Of a stretch of 49,111 bases of DNA, positions 39,176-48,029 are shown in pieces (the first letter of the stretch is position 1; the number at the start of each line of letters is the position of its first letter). Made by a program: the position numbers and the translations under genes. Source of the stretch: an uncultured Thermoplasmata archaeon (GTDB lineage Archaea; Thermoplasmatota; Thermoplasmata; Thermoplasmatales; CAYVVU01); contig CAYVVU010000001.1 in NCBI GenBank assembly GCA_964455305.1, positions 14,530-63,640 of the forward strand, written 5' to 3'. Below the pieces are notes generated by a model, which did no database searches, had not been told where the DNA came from, and worked only from the letters and a program-made list of their open reading frames with translations.

Positions 39176-40597
39176 ATGAAAGATGCATGGCCTTTCTTTG
39201 GGAACATAGTGGTTAGGAGTGATCCTTACTTCAAGTTATTTCGGGGTCAATCTTCAACTCTTTACGTTGACTTTCCAAACACAATTATTAGGCAAGTAAT
39301 TGAAAGAATTGGATTTTTTAGTGAAAACTCCCAAACAAAGGATGAATTTTATAATAAGGTAAAAATATTTCTAAACGAGGTAAATAAGAGACTGAATGAG
39401 CTTGGCATTTCTTGGTTGAAATTTTCGATACAATCAAACAAATTTATGAAAAAGCCCTACGGCTTGAAAATTTTAGTAAAGTGGAATAAATTTATAGAAT
39501 TTGTAGAAAGCTTCTCTAGCGATCCAAATACTCAAGTCTGGGAGAAATACCAGTATATCTCTTCGAGTCGGCTTCCAGTCTTAATAGAAATGCTTCCACG
39601 GGGAGAAAAACAGTATGAATACTTCAAAAGAGTGCAAAATAGAGTCAGAATGCTATGTAGTCAGGACATAGAGGTTATTGAGAATAAATTAAGCGAAATT
39701 GAAACCACACTTAGTGCAATGCAAAAGATGCTTTGGCGAATTTCGAAGAAGGAAGGGGTTCCCCCTGCAATGTTGGCTTATCTCCTTGAGGCAAAAGTAA
39801 TTATGAAAACTATTCACCAGATGACAAAGGATGGTCTTTTCCCGAGTTGTTATAGGGAGCTCCGTAAGTTCCTAGAAAACCTTAGTTGGGCGTTTTTTGG
39901 TGATTATCTCCTAATCAAAGCCTATAGGAGATATGGCTTTCTTCACGACAACTATGCTCTCATAGCCTCAAAAGAATGGTACGAGTGGATACGAGAGCGA
40001 GAAGAGTATAAGAGCCTCATACTCAATGTTAAGACTGCTCGACACAGAGTAAATGAACTTCATAAAAAACTCAAAAAGACTTATCCAACCCTCCCTGGAA
40101 AAGATAAATTCTGGAGTATTTTTATGTCAGAAATAACAACCCCCTCGTTTGCTTTTATCTTTGGTGAAGGGATAAACAGCGAATCTCTCCCAATGGAGGT
40201 TCCACGGTATTTCCTTCCCCAACAAATAATCCCCTACGCCCGCAAAGATTTTGAGAACATTGGAGAGATTCTTTGCCTGTCTGATCCTGAAACGTTTGGA
40301 GAAGTTGGCGTAAGGGCAGTTATGGAGATCAATAAAACTAGTGAATCGGCTTTTATCGTTCCTCCATACCCCACTAATGACTTAGTCCTGATGCTTGTTG
40401 AAAAGTGGAGTAACATCACCGAGTTGAATAAGAAGTATGAAGAGTATAGCACCTTTGTACATTCTTATATTGATTCATGGGTAGTTCTCCCGTTTTCCTC
40501 CGTCATGGAGGTCAAAGTATTCAAGAAGGAAATTGAGGATATTGAAAACCTTGTCAAAAGACTCTGTAAAATTTATTTGAATATGTTCAAAAGCTAA
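39176..40597 (+). CDS. Orphan 473-aa protein, mostly alpha-helical; no recognisable domain.
   Basis: Long uninterrupted ORF in an AT-rich island with catttaaatag upstream. No motif I can assign, no TM segment and no signal peptide. Confidence 0.6.
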   Translation: MKDAWPFFGNIVVRSDPYFKLFRGQSSTLYVDFPNTIIRQVIERIGFFSENSQTKDEFYNKVKIFLNEVNKRLNELGISWLKFSIQSNKFMKKPYGLKILVKWNKFIEFVESFSSDPNTQVWEKYQYISSSRLPVLIEMLPRGEKQYEYFKRVQNRVRMLCSQDIEVIENKLSEIETTLSAMQKMLWRISKKEGVPPAMLAYLLEAKVIMKTIHQMTKDGLFPSCYRELRKFLENLSWAFFGDYLLIKAYRRYGFLHDNYALIASKEWYEWIREREEYKSLILNVKTARHRVNELHKKLKKTYPTLPGKDKFWSIFMSEITTPSFAFIFGEGINSESLPMEVPRYFLPQQIIPYARKDFENIGEILCLSDPETFGEVGVRAVMEINKTSESAFIVPPYPTNDLVLMLVEKWSNITELNKKYEEYSTFVHSYIDSWVVLPFSSVMEVKVFKKEIEDIENLVKRLCKIYLNMFKS

Positions 40598-40779
40598 ATC
40601 TCAACATTCCTCCAAAAAGAGAATATAAAATCTTGGGGGTGCTTCTACGATTTCAGTCTTTGCCTAGCCTCCTGTATTATATACTATTGTTAAATGAAGT
40701 TAAGAAAATGACTGTGACATCGATTTCTCTATCGTGATTTCTGCAGAGCCTCCTTCACAGTAAATACAGAAAAAAAGAC

Positions 40780-41379
40780 TTACATATCATTCCGTTTAAT
40801 CTCCTTACGCAATTTTTCATCTAAGCTTCCATCTGGAAGCATATAATCTGGATGAAACTTGCCTTCTTCTTCCATCCGATACCGAACGCAACTTTCCCAA
40901 TCTCCCTTGCAGTACAATTCTATCCATTTTTTATCCAACTTTCCTTCTTCATAAAATCTCCTCATCGGACACACAGGATACCACTTACAATCTTCAAAGA
41001 TACAACGGGTGGCATAATAACCTAAGGGAGCCAAAACTTCTGGATTTATCAATTTAATCTCTTCATTCAGGTAATAACTGCAGGCTTTAATTTCATCCTG
41101 CTTGGGTTTTCTGTATTTTGGAAGCATGCATTTAATTAGATTTGTCATATAAATCTTCTCTCTGCTAACTCCCGCTTTACTCAATAGCTCGTCCAATACT
41201 TTCCCAGAAGGACCAACAAACATTCTACCCTCTTCATCTTCTTTCTCTCCTGGAGCTTGGGCAACTAACATTATTTTAGCATTTAGATTTCCCTCTCCAC
41301 AGACCGCATTTCTTCTTGTTTTATACAACCTGCATCTTTTACATTCCTTTATCTGTTTGTTCAATTCCTCAATTTTCAT
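40780..41379 (-). CDS. Family-4-type uracil-DNA glycosylase variant with an extra Cys-rich insertion.
   Basis: CKRCRLY, GEGNLNAKIMLVAQAPGEKEDEEGRMFVGPSGKVL, MTNLIKC and LAPLG. The insertion is DCKWYPVCPM...YCKGDWESCVRY, followed by FHPDYML. ATG 41379 follows AGAGGTG; the track start is GTG 41385. Confidence 0.72.
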   Translation of the reverse strand: MKIEELNKQIKECKRCRLYKTRRNAVCGEGNLNAKIMLVAQAPGEKEDEEGRMFVGPSGKVLDELLSKAGVSREKIYMTNLIKCMLPKYRKPKQDEIKACSYYLNEEIKLINPEVLAPLGYYATRCIFEDCKWYPVCPMRRFYEEGKLDKKWIELYCKGDWESCVRYRMEEEGKFHPDYMLPDGSLDEKLRKEIKRNDM

Positions 41380-41398
41380 TTTCACACACCTCTTTTAA

Positions 41399-41857
41399 TC
41401 AATCAAGAAATATCAATCCGTAGAGCGCATTTTCATCGTAATTTATTTCCGTTATGGAGGTAATTTCAATTCCCACAGCATCTATTGACGGTCGCACATT
41501 ATCTCTCAATGGACATCTTCCACTCTTTTCAAATTCGCAATCATTGCAAAGATTACAAGCTCCAGGAAACAGAGCAAAAACATATGGATATTCGGAGAAA
41601 AGCTCCTTCTCCCGACGGAGAAGATAGAGGAGTACATCTCTTTTCTCATTATCAAAATTTTTCATATTCACTTCAAATTTTATGAGCAATGCCTTTTTAT
41701 AACTTCTCACCCAATCCTTCGCTTCTTTCCAGTGGGGAGCATATGGAGGGCAGGAAGGTCTTTTACCGTAAAACTCACAGGTAAAACATTTCCACACGGG
41801 TCTGGGAGATACAGCAATGCTTTTCGTGCTTATCTCCTTCTCATAAATCATACGCAT
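41399..41857 (-). CDS. DUF2284-like predicted metal-binding (Cys-rich) protein.
   Basis: CFTCEFYGKRPSCPPYAP and GACNLCNDCEFEKSGRCP motifs. Its stop is about 19 nt upstream of the UDG ATG. Confidence 0.68.
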   Translation of the reverse strand: MRMIYEKEISTKSIAVSPRPVWKCFTCEFYGKRPSCPPYAPHWKEAKDWVRSYKKALLIKFEVNMKNFDNEKRDVLLYLLRREKELFSEYPYVFALFPGACNLCNDCEFEKSGRCPLRDNVRPSIDAVGIEITSITEINYDENALYGLIFLD

Positions 41858-41861
41858 ATAG

Positions 41862-42134
41862 CCTGATGGAAATGATTTATTTAAAAGCTTTGAAAATGAA
41901 AAATTCTATTTTCACACCGCGTCCAATTATGCCACAGGCATATTCCAACCCATAAGGTCAGAAACAAGTGCCCAATTCTACTGGAGAGACTATCGCAGAG
42001 AAGTTGATTCCCTTAAATATTTTTCAAAAAAATATGGTGTGGAAAATCTCTATTTAGTTTACTCTGGCGATGAAGAATATGAAATGGAAAGTGTTTTTAT
42101 TCTGAAACATGCCCACAGTTTTACTGACTTTTAA
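41862..42134 (+). pseudogene. Start-less remnant resembling the C-terminus of a COG1373-type (AAA_14/DUF4143) ATPase.
   Basis: Open frame without a usable start. It reads ...EKFYFHTASNYATGIFQPIRSETSAQFYWRDYRREVDSLKYF...VFILKHAHSFTDF. The KFYF and YWRD..REVD landmarks lie far too close together for an intact gene. Confidence 0.3.
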
Positions 42135-42229
42135 TTTATCACATCAACCTTGGAAGGAGTGATTCAAACTTTACATTACAAAACAATTCAAAAATAAAAA
42201 AAATAAAATAAAATTATTATTGTATTTAT

Positions 42230-42709
42230 TTATGGAAACTGCACATCACCGATCACTGATCCCTTATAAAGTAATTGAAATTCTGCACCCGAACCAGCCT
42301 GAACATATATTATATCCTCTGGACCTATTTTTCCATCAGGTGAACTTGTTGGTCCATCTATAATATGGACCACTGTTCCGCCTGATTCCGCATGGAACTT
42401 CCCGCTGCTAAGAGTTACCTGTTGCGAGATGACTGCAGTGCCATTGGTCAATTTTATTGTAATATCTTTCCATAGTATTCCCTTACTCGGTGCACCGGTT
42501 ATCTTGACTATGTTCAATGTATAGTTATACTCAGAATTTTGCACTTTTGTGAAAGATACCTGTACATTGGTTGTGGATACTCCAGTCATATACCCACTCA
42601 CCATTATGTACACTGTAGCCGCTAGTACGACGGTAATCGCCACCATCAGGATGGTAGCGATTACAGGGCTTACGCCCTTCTCCTTCCTTATATATCTCAC
42701 ATCCTTCAT
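42230..42709 (-). CDS. Archaeal type IV pilin-like protein (class III signal peptide).
   Basis: N-terminus RKEKGVSPVIATILMVAITVVLAATVYIMVSG, followed by a beta-rich domain. It has its own tttaaata box and AGGAGGTGA SD. Confidence 0.75.
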   Translation of the reverse strand: MKDVRYIRKEKGVSPVIATILMVAITVVLAATVYIMVSGYMTGVSTTNVQVSFTKVQNSEYNYTLNIVKITGAPSKGILWKDITIKLTNGTAVISQQVTLSSGKFHAESGGTVVHIIDGPTSSPDGKIGPEDIIYVQAGSGAEFQLLYKGSVIGDVQFP

Positions 42710-42795
42710 GTTTGGTCACCTCCTGCCCTTACGGGCAAAAGAAACATGTGCTTCTGAGTATTTAAATCTTTCGCAAAAATTCACAATATATTTTG

Positions 42796-45336
42796 TCACT
42801 TTCCTAACTTTCTCTGTAATTCGTACAGTTTGTTCAGAGCTTCTACGGGGGTCATTTCCATCACATTGATATTTTTAAGTTCTTCAAGTACTGGATGCTC
42901 TTGAAAGGAGAAAAGGACCATCTGTTTCATCTTTCCGCTTGATTTTCTAACTTCAAGAACATTTTCCTCCTCTATACGGGAAAGAATTTCTTTTGCTCTC
43001 TCAACAACCTCATTTGGCAATCCAGCCAGTTTGGCAACCTCTATCCCGTAAGATTCGTTCATCGCACCCCTCTTTATCTTCCTAACGAAAACCAAACCGT
43101 CTGGAGTTTCGCGCACCTCAATATGGTAATTCTTTATTCCATCAAAGAAGTTCTCCAACTCGCTCAGATGGTGATAGTGCGTCGCGAATATGGTTCTCGC
43201 TTTTATTCTGTTGTAAATGTATTCAGTTACGCTCCATGCTATGCTAAGCCCATCAAAGGTACTCGTTCCCCTTCCTATTTCGTCCAGAAGTATTAAGGAT
43301 CGTGGGGTGGCAGTATTGAGTATATTTGCGAGTTCAACCATCTCCATCATAAAGGTGCTCTGTCCCCTCACAATATCGTCCATTGCACCCACACGGGTGT
43401 ATATCCTATCCACCATACCTATCCTTGCGTAGGATGCTGGCACGAAGCATCCCATCTGCGCCATTACGGTTATTAAGGCGACCTGTCTCATATAAGTGCT
43501 TTTTCCAGCCATGTTCGGGCCCGTGAGTATTATGAACCTGTGGCTATGGCCATCAAGATAAACATCGTTTGGAACGAAATCTCCCTGTATTTCTTCCACT
43601 ACTGGGTGGCGTGCATCCTTCATCTCTATGACCATACTTTCATCCACTATTGGACGGGTATAATTGTTTTTCACTGCAATCTCCGCGAATGTGTTGAAAA
43701 CATCTATTTCGCCAAGTATTTCGCCCAACCTCCTGAAATCATCAGAATAATTAGACAAACTCCTTAGCACTTGCAGGTAAAGTTCCCTTTCCAATTCGCC
43801 TATTCTCTCCTCGGCACTTTTGATCATATATTCTTTCTCCTGCAACTCCCTTGTTGTGTACCTCTCTGAATTTTTAAGCGTCTGCTTCCTTATGTAATCT
43901 TTCGGTACTTTGTGCAGATTCGGCTTTGTAACCTCTATGTAGTATCCTATTACGCTGTTGTATCCTACCTTCAAACTCTTTATTCCGGTGCGTATCCTCT
44001 CCTTCTTCTCTATCTCTGCAATCCATCTTCTCCCCTCACTCAACGCTTCGCGGTACTTATCAAACTCCTCGTTGAAACCAATCCTTATAACTTTTCCTTC
44101 CCCCACGCTCCCCGGCTCATCCTCTACGGCTTTCCTTATAAAAGATGCTATTTCCTTCCAACGATTGCTTTTGAGTTCTTCTGAGAAACCTTTCAAAATA
44201 TCGCTTTTGAACCTTGAAAGTATTTCCGAAAGTTTTTCAAGATTTTCAAGAGTTCTCGCCAAAGCAACTATCTCCTTTGGATTGGCGTTTTCGCATATTA
44301 TTCTTGATGTGATCCTTTCAACATCAACCACTCTTTTCAGTATTGATGATATTTCCTTCCGTGCAAAAACATCCTTGCTCAGTTCCTCCACGCAATCAAG
44401 TCTGCGATTAATTTCATCCGTATCCAACAGGGGCTTTCTCAGAAACCTTTGCAGAGTTCTTGAGCCGAGCGTGGTGGTACACTTATCCAAAACGCTTAAA
44501 AGGGTGCCCTTCCTGTCCCCACGAAAACTTCTGAAAATCTCAAGGTTTCGTAGTGTGGTTGAATCCAGAACCATATAGTTTGTATCTCTAACACTTCTTA
44601 ACTCTTTCAACATTCCGAGGGATTTGGGATGAACCTCTCCAACATATTTTAAAATGGCTCCTACGGCATACGATGATGGAGAATCCTCTTTTAAGCCGAG
44701 ACCTTCTAAAAACTCCACTCCGAAATGGCTCTTCACCGCTTCAATGCACTCCTCAGCGCCATAAGAATGTAGATGTACATATGCATTCACAACTTTACCA
44801 ACAATTCTTTTAATTTCCTCATCACCGCATATTACCTCCGCTGGAGATAATCTTATCAGTTCTCCCTCTAAACGCTGAAGAGAATCCGTACCCACAAATT
44901 CCTCCACGAAAAACTCTCCTGTGGATATATCTGCGGAAGCTAAAGCGTAAATTTCTCCTTTTTTGGATACTGAGCATAGGTAGTTGGTTATCTTTTCCCG
45001 CACCAACTCCTCCTCATAAACGGTTCCTGGCGTGAGAACCCTCACAACCCCTCTTTTAACAAGGCCTTTGGCCTTCTTGGGATCCTCCAATTGCTCGCAT
45101 ATCGCCACCTTATAGCCCTTATCAAGTAATTTTCCCACATAGGCGTAGAGGGCATGATGGGGGATTCCAGCCAAAGGAACGCCATCTCTGGCCGTTAAAA
45201 CTATTTTTAGTTCTCTAGAAACTATTTTTGCATCTTCCTCAAATGTTTCGTAGAAATCACCCACTCTGAAAAATAGGATGGAATCTCTATATCTGGACTT
45301 TATTGAGTGATACTGTCGCATAAGTGGGGTGGTCAT
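42796..45336 (-). CDS. mutS: DNA mismatch repair protein MutS (bacterial MutS1 type).
   Basis: TPLMRQYHSIKSRYRDSILFFRVGDFYETF, Walker A GPNMAGKSTYMRQ, DEIGRGTSTFDG and FATHYH. Confidence 0.95.
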   Translation of the reverse strand: MTTPLMRQYHSIKSRYRDSILFFRVGDFYETFEEDAKIVSRELKIVLTARDGVPLAGIPHHALYAYVGKLLDKGYKVAICEQLEDPKKAKGLVKRGVVRVLTPGTVYEEELVREKITNYLCSVSKKGEIYALASADISTGEFFVEEFVGTDSLQRLEGELIRLSPAEVICGDEEIKRIVGKVVNAYVHLHSYGAEECIEAVKSHFGVEFLEGLGLKEDSPSSYAVGAILKYVGEVHPKSLGMLKELRSVRDTNYMVLDSTTLRNLEIFRSFRGDRKGTLLSVLDKCTTTLGSRTLQRFLRKPLLDTDEINRRLDCVEELSKDVFARKEISSILKRVVDVERITSRIICENANPKEIVALARTLENLEKLSEILSRFKSDILKGFSEELKSNRWKEIASFIRKAVEDEPGSVGEGKVIRIGFNEEFDKYREALSEGRRWIAEIEKKERIRTGIKSLKVGYNSVIGYYIEVTKPNLHKVPKDYIRKQTLKNSERYTTRELQEKEYMIKSAEERIGELERELYLQVLRSLSNYSDDFRRLGEILGEIDVFNTFAEIAVKNNYTRPIVDESMVIEMKDARHPVVEEIQGDFVPNDVYLDGHSHRFIILTGPNMAGKSTYMRQVALITVMAQMGCFVPASYARIGMVDRIYTRVGAMDDIVRGQSTFMMEMVELANILNTATPRSLILLDEIGRGTSTFDGLSIAWSVTEYIYNRIKARTIFATHYHHLSELENFFDGIKNYHIEVRETPDGLVFVRKIKRGAMNESYGIEVAKLAGLPNEVVERAKEILSRIEEENVLEVRKSSGKMKQMVLFSFQEHPVLEELKNINVMEMTPVEALNKLYELQRKLGK

Positions 45337-45447
45337 CTCAAACGCAGAAATTTGGAGGTTATTAAATTTTGCTGTTGATTTTTACTCGGAAGCGTTTAAC
45401 TTAAATCATCAGAAAGGATTTTGAACCATTTGGTTTTATCCCCAAAT

Positions 45448-45966
45448 ATGCAGGAGAAAAAAGTTCCGAAGGTTCACCCTTCCGCGTATATAGCACCAAC
45501 CGCGGTGATCGTAGGGGATGTAACAGTAGAAGAGGGGGTTAGCATCTGGGAGAACGCCGTTCTTCGCGGAGATGTGGATCGCATAGTCGTCGGGAAAAAC
45601 AGCAACATACAGGATTGTGCTGTCGTGCATGTTTCCACGGGGGTTCCCACAATAATAGGGGAGAATGTAACCGTTGGTCACGGAGCCATAGTTCATGCTG
45701 CCACTATAAGAGACAATGTTATAATCGGGATGAATGCCGTGGTGCTGGACAACGTGGAGGTTGGGGAAGGAAGTATAATTGGTGCGGGCGCTGTAGTTAC
45801 ACCGGGCACAAAAATTCCTCCAAAATCCTTGGCTGTGGGAATTCCAGCGAAAGTGATAAGGAGCGGCGATGATGTTATGGAAATGGCTGTAAAAAATGGA
45901 CTAATCTATCAAGATTTGAGGGATAGACATAAAAAAGGGATTTATGCGAGGTATGAGAGAAAGTAA
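45448..45966 (+). CDS. Gamma-class carbonic anhydrase-like hexapeptide-repeat protein.
   Basis: VHPSAYIAPTAVIVGDVTVEEGVSIWENAVLRGD and left-handed beta-helix repeats. I prefer ATG 45448 over TTG 45421. Confidence 0.85.
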   Translation: MQEKKVPKVHPSAYIAPTAVIVGDVTVEEGVSIWENAVLRGDVDRIVVGKNSNIQDCAVVHVSTGVPTIIGENVTVGHGAIVHAATIRDNVIIGMNAVVLDNVEVGEGSIIGAGAVVTPGTKIPPKSLAVGIPAKVIRSGDDVMEMAVKNGLIYQDLRDRHKKGIYARYERK

Positions 45967-46801
45967 GGAAATTTTTGTGATAATTCTGGTAGTGATTTCT
46001 TCATCCATGGGGCTCGTCGCGTATTCTTGGAGTTTAAAGCCCATTAGATGCTCATTGGAAGATTTGAAAAATTATGAGGGGAAGTATGTGGTGTTTGATG
46101 GGATAGTTGCGGATATCTTTAATTACACGGGCGGTACAGGAATAGAAGTTAAATCTACGAACAAAAATTCATCATCCCGTGTAACGGTTTTCTGCGATTT
46201 TTATATAGCCATAGTACCCGGAAGTTTGGTTGAGGTTTCTGGAACAGTATCTGATTACGGCGAAACAGTTAACGCGTACTCCGTAAAGATTCTCAAAAAA
46301 TACTACGAAACAACTTTGGAGGAAGTTCTGAGAAGTCCAGAATACTTCGTGGGTCTTCATATAAAACTATCTGGAAATGTTTCCGATATTAGATTTATGC
46401 AGAACAAGAGCAGGTTGATAATCACTGACGGTGTGAGGGAGGCAAGGGTTTTCCTTTCCGCCCCATATTATGGGGAGCGTACAAACCTCCACTTCTACGG
46501 ATTTTACGACGGAGAAAAGATAATATGCTATCCAGAGCCCTACGGAATTTATCTCAATTCATCCGAAATTCCTCTGAGGGAAGTTTCGTTTGATGAATTG
46601 GATGAATATGTTGGGAAAGAAGTGCATGTTGTAGGCGATATACTTTCTTACGAAACCTACGGATATTTCTTCTATCTGAACGATGGAAATTTCAGATTGA
46701 GATGTTATTCCTCGCAAAATCCAGAAAAATTGGAAGCTTTTGAGGGAAAGTTTTTATACGATTACGATGAAGGTTATTATTACTTGAAAATTGAGGGATG
46801 A
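45944..46801 (+). CDS. N-terminally membrane-anchored protein with about three OB-fold-like modules; hypothetical.
   Basis: TM IFVIILVVISSSMGLVAY. Three repeats follow the pattern Y.GK.V...G.V.D (YEGKYVVFDGIVADI, FVGLHIKLSGNVSDI, YVGKEVHVVGDILSY). Confidence 0.5.
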   Translation: MRGMRESKEIFVIILVVISSSMGLVAYSWSLKPIRCSLEDLKNYEGKYVVFDGIVADIFNYTGGTGIEVKSTNKNSSSRVTVFCDFYIAIVPGSLVEVSGTVSDYGETVNAYSVKILKKYYETTLEEVLRSPEYFVGLHIKLSGNVSDIRFMQNKSRLIITDGVREARVFLSAPYYGERTNLHFYGFYDGEKIICYPEPYGIYLNSSEIPLREVSFDELDEYVGKEVHVVGDILSYETYGYFFYLNDGNFRLRCYSSQNPEKLEAFEGKFLYDYDEGYYYLKIEG

Positions 46802-47493
46802 GTATGAGAGAAAAGGTAATCCGCGTAAAGGATGCTGTGGAGGTTATTTACGAAGATTGGAGATGGTCTTTGCTTTATTCCTTGCGAAAAAAAGCGCTGG
46901 AGATTATGAAAAAAATTCCGTACGAATCCTTTGTCCATGGCTCAGTGGCGAGGGGGGATGTTAAGGAGGGGAGCGATGTGGATATAGTTATTCCCTATCC
47001 CGTACCTACTTACAGCGTTGAAATTCTTTTCCCCAACATATACGATAGGGTAATAGTTATGGCCACGCCCAATACAGTTCCGAAAGCCCACATTTACTTG
47101 GAGGAAAAGGTATCAATAACCATACCGCTGGTTAGGTTCAGCAGGAGAGAAGAGGAATTTTACTCCTTCGCAGGCAAGGTTGGTTTGGAGGATATACTAA
47201 ATGGCCGTAGAGTTATGGGCGTGAACAAAAAACTTCTAGCGATAGAGCCGACGGAGAGGGGACATGTGGAATACTCCATAATAGGCAGAGAGGGTGCTGT
47301 GGCGAAAAAATTGAACATAGGTTTGGATGTGGTTGAGGAGAGAATAAGGGTTCTGACAACTCGCGATAAAATAGGAAGAACAGGAGTATTCTTGAAAACG
47401 AGGCCCGCGGAGGATGAGAGTTTTGAGGAACATTTGGAAAAAATATCTCACCGGAATCCCGCGGTTAAAAGAATTATGGAGGAGAGAGGATGA
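46798..47493 (+). CDS. Pol-beta-superfamily nucleotidyltransferase domain protein.
   Basis: VHGSVARGDVKEGSDVDIVI (the G-S...D-x-D NTase motif). ATGA overlap with the upstream gene. Confidence 0.72.
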   Translation: MSMREKVIRVKDAVEVIYEDWRWSLLYSLRKKALEIMKKIPYESFVHGSVARGDVKEGSDVDIVIPYPVPTYSVEILFPNIYDRVIVMATPNTVPKAHIYLEEKVSITIPLVRFSRREEEFYSFAGKVGLEDILNGRRVMGVNKKLLAIEPTERGHVEYSIIGREGAVAKKLNIGLDVVEERIRVLTTRDKIGRTGVFLKTRPAEDESFEEHLEKISHRNPAVKRIMEERG

Positions 47494-48029
47494 TTCTGTA
47501 CGACATGCATATTCACTACGCGAAAAAAGAGGATATTGATGAAATACTGGCCACAGCAAACATGTTGGGATTAAAATTAGTAGGGCTGGTTACACATCAC
47601 AGAACGAATGTCAGGAAATACATAGATTTGGACTACGATATTGAAGTTCTGTGGGGAATTGAAATGAAGTATCCGTTTCCTTCCAAGCCAAAAAACTACG
47701 ATTTTGTATTGGTGCATATGCAGGATATGGAAGTAACCCCAGAAATAATTAGGAGGATAAAGGGAGATATAATAGCGCATCCCACGGCATATAATGTAAT
47801 GTGGAGTGAAGAAGCGCTGGAAGAGTTAAAAAGTAAGGAAATTCTCGTGGAATTCAACGCCTCTCATTACAAGAGTAGGGACGAAAGGTTTTACAGAGAG
47901 TTAATCAAAAGAGGAATAGAAATAATATATGGGAGCGATGCCCATAGCGTAGATGAAATATATTCCTCTCCGCATCCATCCTATGTAATCCCTTTGGAAA
48001 GGGTTAGGGAAAGATTTTCAAGAAAGTAG
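47490..48029 (+). CDS. PHP-family metal-dependent phosphoesterase (short form).
   Basis: N-terminal YDMHIHY, IIAHP and GSDAHSVDEI motifs. ATGA overlap with the NTase gene. Confidence 0.68.
   Translation: MILYDMHIHYAKKEDIDEILATANMLGLKLVGLVTHHRTNVRKYIDLDYDIEVLWGIEMKYPFPSKPKNYDFVLVHMQDMEVTPEIIRRIKGDIIAHPTAYNVMWSEEALEELKSKEILVEFNASHYKSRDERFYRELIKRGIEIIYGSDAHSVDEIYSSPHPSYVIPLERVRERFSRK

Noticed and set aside
40060-40090. Rx4H (RVNELH) in the 473-aa orphan as a possible HEPN RNase motif.
   Set aside because: It is a single short match without the usual polar residue after the Arg or other HEPN context. Such matches are expected by chance in a helix-rich 473-aa protein.
47490-48029. Considered RNase P component 3 (Rpp30) for the 179-aa TIM-barrel-like protein.
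   Set aside because: The motifs (MHIHY, GSDAH) are those of PHP phosphoesterases, not Rpp30. The protein is also shorter than typical Rpp30.
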